NCBI GenBank assembly: GCA_963733095.1
Contig: CAVTBV010000010.1
Location: 21,358 to 85,357 of the forward strand
DNA length: 64,000 nucleotides
From: Candidatus Bathyarchaeota archaeon
GTDB taxonomy: Archaea > Thermoproteota > Bathyarchaeia > Bathyarchaeales > Bathycorpusculaceae
Direction: 5' to 3'
Shown: piece after piece, positions 1 to 8,866 of the stretch
Layout of the letters: each line of letters opens with the position of its first letter
Numbering within the stretch: position 1 is the first letter of the stretch
The notes under the pieces: generated by a model
Databases searched by the model: none
Told to the model about the DNA's origin: nothing
The model's input: only the letters and a program-made list of their open reading frames with translations
Position numbers and translations under genes: made by a program

Positions 1-41
1 TCGTCATTGTTTCCATCACGTGAAAGAAGCTTAACCTAGGT

Positions 42-1058
42 TTAATGAGGTTTCTTACCGTAAGCGATTTTCTTGAATAGTAAGAAAGTCAAAACTGTGC
101 AGATGACCACTGAGGATAGAACCCCGATGAACCCGATAGTTAAGGGAGCAAAAACGCTCAACACGTACCCCAGCACCAGCAAGATGCCTGTAAATAGATG
201 CACAACTATTGTAAGGGCGTTGGAGAGAGCAAGCTGTAAAGAACTTGAATGGAACTGCCTTGCGTTCGAGATCGATTTCACTGACAAAGGTAACGTTACC
301 AAGGCAATCAGGGTGTAAGCAGGAATAATCTGCAACAAGACAGCTACCAAGATAGCGATGTAAGTGGCATACATCATGCCTGCATAAACAACAGAAGCTT
401 TTTCTCTACCGAGCCTGACAACCCACGTATTCTTTCCCACAGCTTTATCAGAACTGTAGTCCTGAAAAGCGTTTATGTACAGAATAGCGGTTATCAGAAG
501 AGCAACTGGAACTGCTGCGACCAAAGGTTCGATTGATAAAGTTCCAGTTTGAACATAAAAAGCTCCAAGGGTCATGAGTAACCCAAAGTTTAATCCGACG
601 ATCGGTTCCCCTACGCCTCTCCCTGCAAGATTGAAGGGGCGACCAGTGTAGAAATAGGCTGAAAATAAACCAATAGCAGCCAGAACCAGCATAAAGTATC
701 CGACTACCAACGTAAAGTACAAACCTATCATGCCTGCTAGAGTGAAAAGGACCATCGCGCCCAAGAAAACTTCTCTTGGAGTGAGCAAACCTGAGGGAAT
801 AGCTCGACTTCCACCTGTGAACGGGCGTACAAACTCCTTATTTAAGGTGTCATTGCCACTCTTGTAATCGAAGTAATCGTTAACTACGTTAGCGCCTAGG
901 TGGACAAATATACCGCCCATTAGGGCAAGGACAAAAAAGATCGGATTGAAAGCGCTGTTTCTCACCCACGAGATGACTGTACCCAAAACAATGGGAGTAA
1001 TGGATCCAGTTAGAAAGGGAGCCCGCAACTCGCTAAGCCAGACTTTCACTTTGTTCAT
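42..1058 (-). CDS. menA: 1,4-dihydroxy-2-naphthoate polyprenyltransferase (UbiA family, MenA type)
   Basis: WLSELRAPFL start, NVVNDYFDYKSGND and NAFQDYSSDKAVGKNT Asp motifs, YFYTGRPF..AGRGVGE; multiple TM helices. Confidence 0.88.
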   Translation of the reverse strand: MNKVKVWLSELRAPFLTGSITPIVLGTVISWVRNSAFNPIFFVLALMGGIFVHLGANVVNDYFDYKSGNDTLNKEFVRPFTGGSRAIPSGLLTPREVFLGAMVLFTLAGMIGLYFTLVVGYFMLVLAAIGLFSAYFYTGRPFNLAGRGVGEPIVGLNFGLLMTLGAFYVQTGTLSIEPLVAAVPVALLITAILYINAFQDYSSDKAVGKNTWVVRLGREKASVVYAGMMYATYIAILVAVLLQIIPAYTLIALVTLPLSVKSISNARQFHSSSLQLALSNALTIVVHLFTGILLVLGYVLSVFAPLTIGFIGVLSSVVICTVLTFLLFKKIAYGKKPH

Positions 1059-1640
1059 ACCATTTTTAAGGATGTACAGCTAAAATTAAGCCTTTTGCCA
1101 AATTTTTATTTAAATTCTCGGATTAAATTAAAAAGATACAGCGTATGACATGTTTAAACGAGAAAAATTTGCGCATATGCTTTTGAAGATCTGTTTGACG
1201 CCAAAGCGTCCAATTGAAGCTGAACTGTTTCCTTTGCTCACGTGAGAGTAAAATCTTCCAAAGCTTCATTAGGAATTGGCTTTCTTCCGAGCGTCGACAC
1301 TTTTTTCTATTATTTCTTTCACAGAAGAGATCCGTTGACCAATTTTGGGAACAGTTAGAAAACTACTATGGTTTATTCAAAAAAGCACACAACTCAATTG
1401 GATGAAAATTTAAAACAAAATCAATCTCGCAACAAAATTCTAAACGGAGAAAAGCACGTTGGAAAAAAGAGAGGCGTACCAAGGATTAAGCATTTGAAAA
1501 AGTCTACATACTATCATAAAAATAGTATTTATAACGACAATGTTTTTAAAGAGTTGGAATACTTTATTGCTCTCCGCGCCCCTAACGTCTTTAAGTCGGT
1601 TAAGATGCTATTAATGATGAAAAGTAAGAGGAAAGGCAAG

Positions 1641-2642
1641 ATGAAACAACAATACTATGCCGAAACCGGCGTAGAAAGTTCATTTGTGAAATATTTTTCT
1701 AAAATAAAAAAAGAAGTTGAATCTGAACTATCGAAATTTGTCTTTTCTATACCACAAAAGAGCCTCAAGTCAAAAATAGAGTATACCGTTTTGTCTGGGG
1801 GCAAACGGTTCCGCCCATTTCTCGTTATTTTATCGGCAAAGAGCGTCGGCGGAAACCCAAGAACTGTAATGCCTCTTGCAATAGCCTTCGAGCTAATGCA
1901 TACATCCACCTTAATCCATGATGATATAATCGACCAAGACGAAATGCGCAGGGGTCAACCCTCACTGTACAAAAAAACGTCCATCAGCGAAGCTATACTC
2001 GCCGGAGATGCTCTAATAGCCCTTTCAGTAAGTCTAGCATCATCATTCGGCGAGACTATACTGAAAGACGTAGCGCAAAGTGCCCTCGACCTCTGCGATG
2101 GAGAACACATGGACTTAGTAGACTCCTTAAAAACTACAACCGAACAAGTTTATTTTGAAAAAATCAGGAAAAAATCAGCTTCTCTTTGTAAATCTGCAAC
2201 ATATTGTGGAGCGATAGCTGGGAAGGGATCACTTGCCGAGCAATTGGCACTCGCTAGTTTTGGAGAGAGCTTAGGAATAGCTTATCAACTCAGAGATGAC
2301 ATGCTGGATTTTTCTGTAAATCACGACCTAAACTTGAAAGATCTTAGTAATGGAAGAGTCACTTTACCCCTCATCTATTGTTATGAACACAGCACTCCAG
2401 ATGAGAGAAAGAAAATTGAAAAACTTCAAGCCCTCATAGGAAAAGATCCATCAAGCGCTAGCGAGAAATCAAGTGAGATAGTGCAGATTGCGCACAACAA
2501 GGGTGCATTTGAGTACTGTGAAAAGAAGGTAGATGAATATCTAACCCAAGCTATCACAAGCGTTTCGGTACTGAAAGATACACGGTACAAAGCTTATTTA
2601 ATGGAAATTGCTAGAACGCTAAGAACCTGGGAAACTGCGTAA
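1641..2642 (+). CDS. polyprenyl diphosphate synthase (trans-IPPS); start probably ATG 1641 rather than 1368
   Basis: GGKRFRP, FARM LIHDDIIDQDEMRRG, KKSA, SARM YQLRDDMLD. Confidence 0.9.
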   Translation: MKQQYYAETGVESSFVKYFSKIKKEVESELSKFVFSIPQKSLKSKIEYTVLSGGKRFRPFLVILSAKSVGGNPRTVMPLAIAFELMHTSTLIHDDIIDQDEMRRGQPSLYKKTSISEAILAGDALIALSVSLASSFGETILKDVAQSALDLCDGEHMDLVDSLKTTTEQVYFEKIRKKSASLCKSATYCGAIAGKGSLAEQLALASFGESLGIAYQLRDDMLDFSVNHDLNLKDLSNGRVTLPLIYCYEHSTPDERKKIEKLQALIGKDPSSASEKSSEIVQIAHNKGAFEYCEKKVDEYLTQAITSVSVLKDTRYKAYLMEIARTLRTWETA

Positions 2643-3101
2643 AAAGCAAACATAAGGGCTTTCTTATTGCTATAGGAGCACCAGTCCCGACTGCAATAAT
2701 TGTTTCTGTTTGTTTAGGGACGGCAATCGCATGAACTAGAGCCAATTCTTGCACATAGTGGTTGTTTTATCCTTGCCTTGGCTGAAAGTGGGTTTCTCCA
2801 CATAGGTGAAAATTTTTTTTATTTTCTTACCATCAGTTTGATTTTCTGCAGGATATCTACTCTACAAATTTTAAGGAACGTCTATTGTATATTTTCCTTT
2901 AATTGCTATCGTCATCGTATTCACTTTCCTGACAATTTAGTTTTTATATAAAACTAAAAAGCCGCCAACGCTAAATAATGCTGAACACCAAGGATTAAAA
3001 TAAAATTTTAAAGTTGTGGTTTTAAACACAATATTTGGGAGATTTATACTATAACTTTATAAGAAATATACTATTTTAACCAAAGATGTGGGTGATGCTT
3101 A

Positions 3102-3842
3102 TTGCCAAAAATAGAGGTCCTTCGGGCACTTTCTAACGACGTTAGGCTCGAGATCCTGAAACTCCTGTATCAAAAACCTAGGGACGTTGAAGATCTCGCA
3201 AAAAATTATTTAAAATTGCAGCCTATAACGGTACGTCATCACATTCAATGTTTGCAAGAAGCAGGTCTTTTGGAATCTTATCAGGGAAGAACTGGTTCGG
3301 CAGGCAGACCTAAAACATATTACAAATTAGCTAAAAGCCTACCCATGATTACTTTTCCAGAAAGGCGCTACTTTGACTTATCCAAAGCAATGCTTAATAG
3401 CATTTTAATTAATGTAGGAGAAAAGAAAACTGTTAAGATACTAAGCGACGTCGGCATCAAGATGGGGAAAGAAACAGTAAAGTATCTTGCAGAAATGAAC
3501 AATATAAAGCGATGGACACCTAAGGAATTTGCAGAAATTTTTGTTGGAAAATACCTCGAAGAAATCGGCACTGAACCTGAAATTATCGAAAAAAGTAGCA
3601 ACTCAGTAGTCTATAAAACGCATAACTGTCTTTTCTTTGAATTGGCTCAGGAAAACCCAAGTTTGATGTGTGATGTACTCCATAACAGCTTCCACCACGC
3701 TCTTATAAAAGCTATGAGTGATAATCTTGAAGATACTCAGACAAGTTGCATGGGGCACGGCAACAATTGTTGTGAACATACCGTTGAATGGGTTCTAATA
3801 AATAAAAAACCGATAGAAAATGATAATAAAGTAAAATCTTAG
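3102..3842 (+). CDS. ArsR-type HTH + V4R-like Cys/His domain transcriptional regulator (MsvR-like architecture)
   Basis: ALSNDVRLEILKLL...VRHHIQCLQEAGLL...GRPKTYY; C-terminal HNCLF, MCDVLH, SCMGHGNNCCEH. Confidence 0.8.
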   Translation: MPKIEVLRALSNDVRLEILKLLYQKPRDVEDLAKNYLKLQPITVRHHIQCLQEAGLLESYQGRTGSAGRPKTYYKLAKSLPMITFPERRYFDLSKAMLNSILINVGEKKTVKILSDVGIKMGKETVKYLAEMNNIKRWTPKEFAEIFVGKYLEEIGTEPEIIEKSSNSVVYKTHNCLFFELAQENPSLMCDVLHNSFHHALIKAMSDNLEDTQTSCMGHGNNCCEHTVEWVLINKKPIENDNKVKS

Positions 3843-4099
3843 TTGCGTAAATATTCATAAGTCTGACTGCATTCAGGAGCTTCATTAAAGAAATGGCTCT
3901 TTCCAAAGATGCCTCCTTCAGTTTGTATCTTGAGCTACATAGCTCAAAAAATGTTGATATATTTTTTTCTAATTACCTAAATTATATCAGTTATAACCTT
4001 TTTTTGGTCTTGACTCATTATTGGCAACGCATATATGATCGCTAACTCAAAAATTGGGGAAGACCACAATTTTATTTTGAGATGCTTCTGTTTACGCGC

Positions 4100-4514
4100 G
4101 CTTATGAAAGCATCAGCATACGTAAAACCACGCAAGCTCTTGACGGATTCGCAGTATAGCGCAGCAAATATAAGGGAAACCCCATTGAAGGGTGGAATGT
4201 TAGCTTATTCCTTATCGAAGAATCAAAGTAAAGGAGTCAGGGCATTCTTAGAATTTATAGGAAATTTTGTAGTCATTGCCTTCAAAAATTCAAGAGAGCG
4301 TATAGGAAACATGCTGCTGTGGAGCGGGATTTCAGCAAGCTCAAGAATCTGGCAGACCTCACGCAGCGTAATTTGAGAGGATTAGCTAAAGTAACATTTC
4401 ATTCTCAGCTCTGCGTTCTAATTATGCTTTTGACAGCCCAAGCAGCCGTTAACACGCACAAATTAAGCAACTAGAAACATCAGATATTTTGCGAACTGAT
4501 TTGGGAACAACCAC
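4100..4514 (+). mobile_element. decayed DDE transposase C-terminal remnant (IS4/IS5-like)
   Basis: Frameshifted translation KLLTDSQYSAANIRE...AYRKHAAVERDFSKLKNLADLTQRNLRGLAKVTFHSQLC; Y-x2-R-x3-E-x6-K-like motif with R changed to H. Confidence 0.7.
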
Positions 4515-4615
4515 GCATTCTAGCAAATAATAAGTTTATTATCGTTTTTATCAAATAAACACAAATTATAAATATTCAAAGCATAATTAGTCAACAATAG
4601 AGGAGATAAAAAAAC

Positions 4616-5242
4616 ATGGTAGTACCATATGACAATTTAGACAGTATGATGTGGACTGTTGGATTAAGCGCTGCAATAATTGGGATTTTGCTGTTGAAAA
4701 TTCGCTATGACTCAAAAACACAAACAATCGAAGACTCTACTGTTAGGGACCGAATAGGCTACATACTGACCTTAGGCGGAGGCGGACTATATCTCTTAGT
4801 GTCTGGGCTTTACATATATTTCACATGGCCTTTTGGAAGCCCGTATGGGTCGCAGTTTACAACTGGTTACGTTGGAGGCTACAACAACGTGCTCTTTGGA
4901 GGAGTTGCAACAATGGGCGGTCTGCTGCTTATCATGGTTGCTTTGGCATTGTACTTCAATGGAGGCTTCAAGATGATATCTTACTTCGGTGTCGGTGTGG
5001 GGTTCTACGCATTAGCTGGAGCTGCTGCAATCTTGGTTAACATGTATGGAAAAACACCCATACCATCTGCATTAGGCTACATCGGTTTAGCTGCTGCCGC
5101 GTTCTTCATTGTACCCGTTGCCCACTCGAATAACAAAAATTTCCGTTACCTCGCTGCACTCTTCGCATTCCTGTTTGCTGCTGTCTGGTTATTCGAAGGA
5201 TTCAATACCACAATGTCACATCTGGGCGCACCAGTAATGTAA
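4616..5242 (+). CDS. integral membrane protein, DUF981-like
   Basis: ~6 TM helices, FTWPF..YNNVLFGG motif; GGAG RBS upstream. Confidence 0.6.
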   Translation: MVVPYDNLDSMMWTVGLSAAIIGILLLKIRYDSKTQTIEDSTVRDRIGYILTLGGGGLYLLVSGLYIYFTWPFGSPYGSQFTTGYVGGYNNVLFGGVATMGGLLLIMVALALYFNGGFKMISYFGVGVGFYALAGAAAILVNMYGKTPIPSALGYIGLAAAAFFIVPVAHSNNKNFRYLAALFAFLFAAVWLFEGFNTTMSHLGAPVM

Positions 5243-5431
5243 TAAAAGGCAAATAAAGAAACTGAATATCGACTCCGCCTAATTAGCGGAACACCTATCT
5301 TTTTATTTTTTGTATACAAATTAAGAAGTTTCAACTCGTAAGTTGCCGCCCAAATTCATTTTAAAGCCGCAATATATACGAACATATTTACAGATTGAAA
5401 TACCAGATCGCTTCCGTTAGAAAGGTAGATC

Positions 5432-6134
5432 GTGGAAGAAAAGAATTCGTATCAAACTCTGTCAAGTAAATCACATCTCGATATTCTGAAGCTCTTTTAC
5501 AAGAAAGATCAGAGTATTGAGCAGATTGCAGAAACACTTAATCTACAACCGATTAATATTAGTCATCACTTGAAGTCCTTGGAAGAAGCTGGGCTCATCG
5601 AAAAAAAGATGAACATCAAGTTTAGCTGGAAGACCAAAAACTCTTTACTGAATAGTTAAAAGGAAAAAGATAGTAGGGTTCCCAAAGAAACGCTATCTTA
5701 CCCTACTAAGCTTCTTAATTAGCACTTTAGAATTTACCGCTGGAGCAAAAAACGCAAAAAAGTTGCTTAGCCGCGTTGGAAAAGTTATAGGAAAAGACGT
5801 CATAAAAGATCTAGAAACGAGAAATGAAATCAAACAATGGGCATAAGAATACGTACAGTTTTTCATCAAAAACTATCTGGAGGAATCTGTAGCCGAGCCA
5901 GAGATTATCGAAGTCGCAGACAAAAAATTGTTTACCGGCTACACAATTGCTTATTCTTCGAGTTAGCACTCAAAATGCCTGACATGATGTGCGACGTAAT
6001 ACATGACACATTCCACAACTGAGTCCAAGATGCCATGTCAAAAAATATCAAAACCACGAGAATTACCTGCATGAGGAAGGCGACGATTATTGCGAATATG
6101 TCTGGAGTGGGTCAATCCAGAGTCTTCAACTTAA
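5432..6134 (+). pseudogene. frameshifted paralog of the ArsR-V4R regulator at 3102-3842
   Basis: Fragments LDILKLFYKK..LQPINISHHLKSLEEAGLIE and YRLHNCLFFELALKMPDMMCDVIH in different frames; several breaks. Confidence 0.8.
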
Positions 6135-6279
6135 TTTCAATCTAACAACCATTTTAGTGCGTGCCAAAAATTGTCTAAATAACTCAAAAAGACCCTTTCC
6201 ATTCCTTAATAAGGAAAAACGACAAACAAACAATAAAGCAAATTTAAATCCGTTTTCTAAAGAGCAATAGCAATGAATC

Positions 6280-7365
6280 CTATCGTTTTTTCTCAGCGAA
6301 GACTTTTTCACCGCGAATTTTTTTTCTCATAGCCATTTCAATTACTTTTTTCAAAGCATCTTCGGTGTCAGTTTCTTCTAAGTAACCTTGGCGGATGGCC
6401 AGATTTATCAGTCTTTGAGCTACTTGACTTCGAACCAGCATGGTTGTGTAGCCTTCAGGGGAACCTATGCCGCCAACAGATATGTCTGCACTGTAATTGG
6501 AGAAGTCAGTGCACGCTAAGCATGAAGGACGTACGATGGGACCAAGGGCATCTAAATCTACATGTTCAACTTTCCCATTCGTCAGTTTAACGATAAAGTC
6601 TTCCTTAAGGTTGATTTTTTCAATCTGATCCAAGCTTGCCCCGATCTTCCTCGCCAGAAACTTTGCCCCATCTTCATTCATAAAGAAATTCTCAAAACAA
6701 AACAGTCCCATTGTAAAGGCGACAATGTGACTTGGGACAATGTGAAGCAGCTGCATCTTCCGTATAGTGGATATTTGACAAGGAGTCCCCACCACGGCAA
6801 GCTTCGTGACATCTAATTCGTCGGATTTTTTGAGGGCGCGGAACACTGAAGCGTACGTTGTCAAATCGCCTAGGTCTCTGATACTTTTAGACTGAGCAAG
6901 ACTTGAGCCAGCGCACTTGAGTAGGTCGCCGAAGTCCATTGCTATCATAGGTTCGTTGTTCCACGAGCTCTCCTTTTTCGAGAGAACTGCACCGTCGATT
7001 TTGCGGGAATCCAGCATGAATTCAAGAAGACCTGTAACTGCACCGCCATCGCAGCAGACTTGGGCAATTTCGCTGTTTGTCGTGCGGAGGCTTCGGATAG
7101 CGACATAGGAGCCAATGGGTTCTTCATACTGGTATTTTGTTTTCAGCGCCTTGTCTAAGTCAGATGTTCGGGGGCAGATAAGATAGCAGATACCGTCATC
7201 TAGGCAGTTTCCTTCGTCACAGTAGACGGGCTTTTCATTTTCAATCGAGAGAACGTTTAGCTCGTTTGCTGTGCAGAAGCTTACGCATCCGTAGCATGCG
7301 GCGCAGATGCCTGGTTCAATCACTTCTTTTCGAAGGGTACGAAAGGACAGCCTTTCATGGGTCAT
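6280..7365 (-). CDS. F420 hydrogenase/dehydrogenase beta subunit (FrhB/FpoF family) with N-terminal ferredoxin domain
   Basis: CAACYGCVSFC, CYLICP, DGGAVT, VGTPCQ, GLFC, CLACTD, DISVG motifs. Confidence 0.88.
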   Translation of the reverse strand: MTHERLSFRTLRKEVIEPGICAACYGCVSFCTANELNVLSIENEKPVYCDEGNCLDDGICYLICPRTSDLDKALKTKYQYEEPIGSYVAIRSLRTTNSEIAQVCCDGGAVTGLLEFMLDSRKIDGAVLSKKESSWNNEPMIAMDFGDLLKCAGSSLAQSKSIRDLGDLTTYASVFRALKKSDELDVTKLAVVGTPCQISTIRKMQLLHIVPSHIVAFTMGLFCFENFFMNEDGAKFLARKIGASLDQIEKINLKEDFIVKLTNGKVEHVDLDALGPIVRPSCLACTDFSNYSADISVGGIGSPEGYTTMLVRSQVAQRLINLAIRQGYLEETDTEDALKKVIEMAMRKKIRGEKVFAEKKR

Positions 7366-8255
7366 TTACTAACAATCTCTTTAGCCTGCGGTAAGATAGC
7401 CACAGGAGAAACAATATTTCTCTCTATCCCCAGCTCCTTATTATCTATTCCGAAAGCTAAACCGATCAACTGAGTAAAGTACAGTATTGGCAACCCGATC
7501 CTCATACTGAAGGCGGCTTCTATGTCTACCTGCTTCGCATCAAGGTTAAACTGGCAAAGCGGGCAAGCAGTCACCATAACGTTAGCACCAGCATTCTTTG
7601 CGTCCAACAGGATTTTCTTTGAAAGCTCCAGCATTACTTTTTCGTCAGTTACCGCCATTGAAGCGCCGCAGCATTTGGTTTTGCTGTAATAGTCTACTCT
7701 TGAGGCCCCAAGGGCTTCAGCTAGCTCATCCATCTTGTTGGGGTGCTCTGGGTTATCGAAGTTTGTTAGGTCAACAGGTCTGACAAGAAGGCAGCCATAA
7801 TAGGATGCGACATTCAGTGCTTTCAGGGGGTATTTGACTTGTGCTTTTATTTTTTCCAAGCCAACGTCTGTAAGAACAACTTCGAGAAGGTGTCTAACCC
7901 TAACGTTGCCACTATAGCTTAATCCGACTGCTTTGAGGGCTTCAGTTATTTTGCTTCGGACTTCGTCGTTCTCTTTTAGAATCTTATTAGTTCGTGCAAG
8001 CGTAAAGTAGCATGCACTGCATACCGTTACGATGTCAGTTTGCATCTTTTCGGCTAACGCGAGGTTTCGGGCTGCAAGTGCAACCGAATAATCGGGTTCA
8101 ACAGAAGAGACTGCGTCGATGGCACCGCAGCAGTTCCAGTCGGGAATTTCAACAAGCTCTATGCCTAAGGCTTGGCAAACTGCTTTTGCCGAGGAACCGT
8201 ATTCTTTTGCGGATGCCGAGTGAGCGGCACATCCGGGGTAGTAGGCATATTTCAT
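7362..8255 (-). CDS. hdrB: heterodisulfide reductase subunit B
   Basis: Two CCG domains: YYPGC..CCG..CSAC and YYGC..CCG..CPLC. Confidence 0.93.
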   Translation of the reverse strand: MKYAYYPGCAAHSASAKEYGSSAKAVCQALGIELVEIPDWNCCGAIDAVSSVEPDYSVALAARNLALAEKMQTDIVTVCSACYFTLARTNKILKENDEVRSKITEALKAVGLSYSGNVRVRHLLEVVLTDVGLEKIKAQVKYPLKALNVASYYGCLLVRPVDLTNFDNPEHPNKMDELAEALGASRVDYYSKTKCCGASMAVTDEKVMLELSKKILLDAKNAGANVMVTACPLCQFNLDAKQVDIEAAFSMRIGLPILYFTQLIGLAFGIDNKELGIERNIVSPVAILPQAKEIVSK

Positions 8256-8866
8256 TGTTTTTTGTCCCCTTTCATTTTTTCATGAATAGTTTGTAAGTCT
8301 GAAGCTGCCTTGCTGACTTTCTCGGGTCTTAGGGCGATTTTGTGTTTCTTTGCCAGTCGCATGCCTAAGGAGGCGGTGTGTCTGAGTGCTTTGAAGTCTG
8401 TCTTCTTCATCGTTCTTGCAAGCAGTGCAGCTTCGCTTAACCTTCCGTTTTTCGTCACTATATCGGCGAATCCGTTGTGGAATTTCACTTTCATCTCGCT
8501 TTTCGCCTTGCCTTCTTTCAAGGAGAGGCTTTTGAGCGACTGCATAAGAGTTGTAATCTCGATACCTCTTGGGCACCGGGTTGCACAGGTGTAGCAACTG
8601 CTGCATTTCCAAATGGTGTAGCCATGAAGAACTTCGTCTCGCATACCCAAGGTTATCATCTTGATAATTTGGGTGGGTGAGTAATCCATAGAGTCCCTTG
8701 TTGGGCAGCCGCCAGAGCAGACTCCACATTGTATGCATTCGAGGATTTTATCCCCTCCCGGCAGTTTCTCGACTTCATGAACAAAGTCAAGTCTGCTCCG
8801 TTTGGGAGTTTCAGTTTCTGGTACAGTTTTTCTCTCGTTACATTCAGTCGTTTGGTTACTTTGCAA
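8252..8866 (-). CDS. hdrC: heterodisulfide reductase subunit C
   Basis: CIQCGVCSGGCP and WKCSSCYTCATRCP; overlaps hdrA and hdrB. Confidence 0.92.
   Translation of the reverse strand: MQSNQTTECNERKTVPETETPKRSRLDFVHEVEKLPGGDKILECIQCGVCSGGCPTRDSMDYSPTQIIKMITLGMRDEVLHGYTIWKCSSCYTCATRCPRGIEITTLMQSLKSLSLKEGKAKSEMKVKFHNGFADIVTKNGRLSEAALLARTMKKTDFKALRHTASLGMRLAKKHKIALRPEKVSKAASDLQTIHEKMKGDKKQ

Noticed and set aside
1368-1640. Lys-rich N-terminal extension of the polyprenyl synthase
   Set aside because: AT-rich promoter-like DNA; family similarity begins after ATG 1641, which has a purine-rich RBS.
2650-2900. Possible decayed gene on the minus strand (ETIIAVGTGAP fragment)
   Set aside because: Too short and broken to assign by eye.
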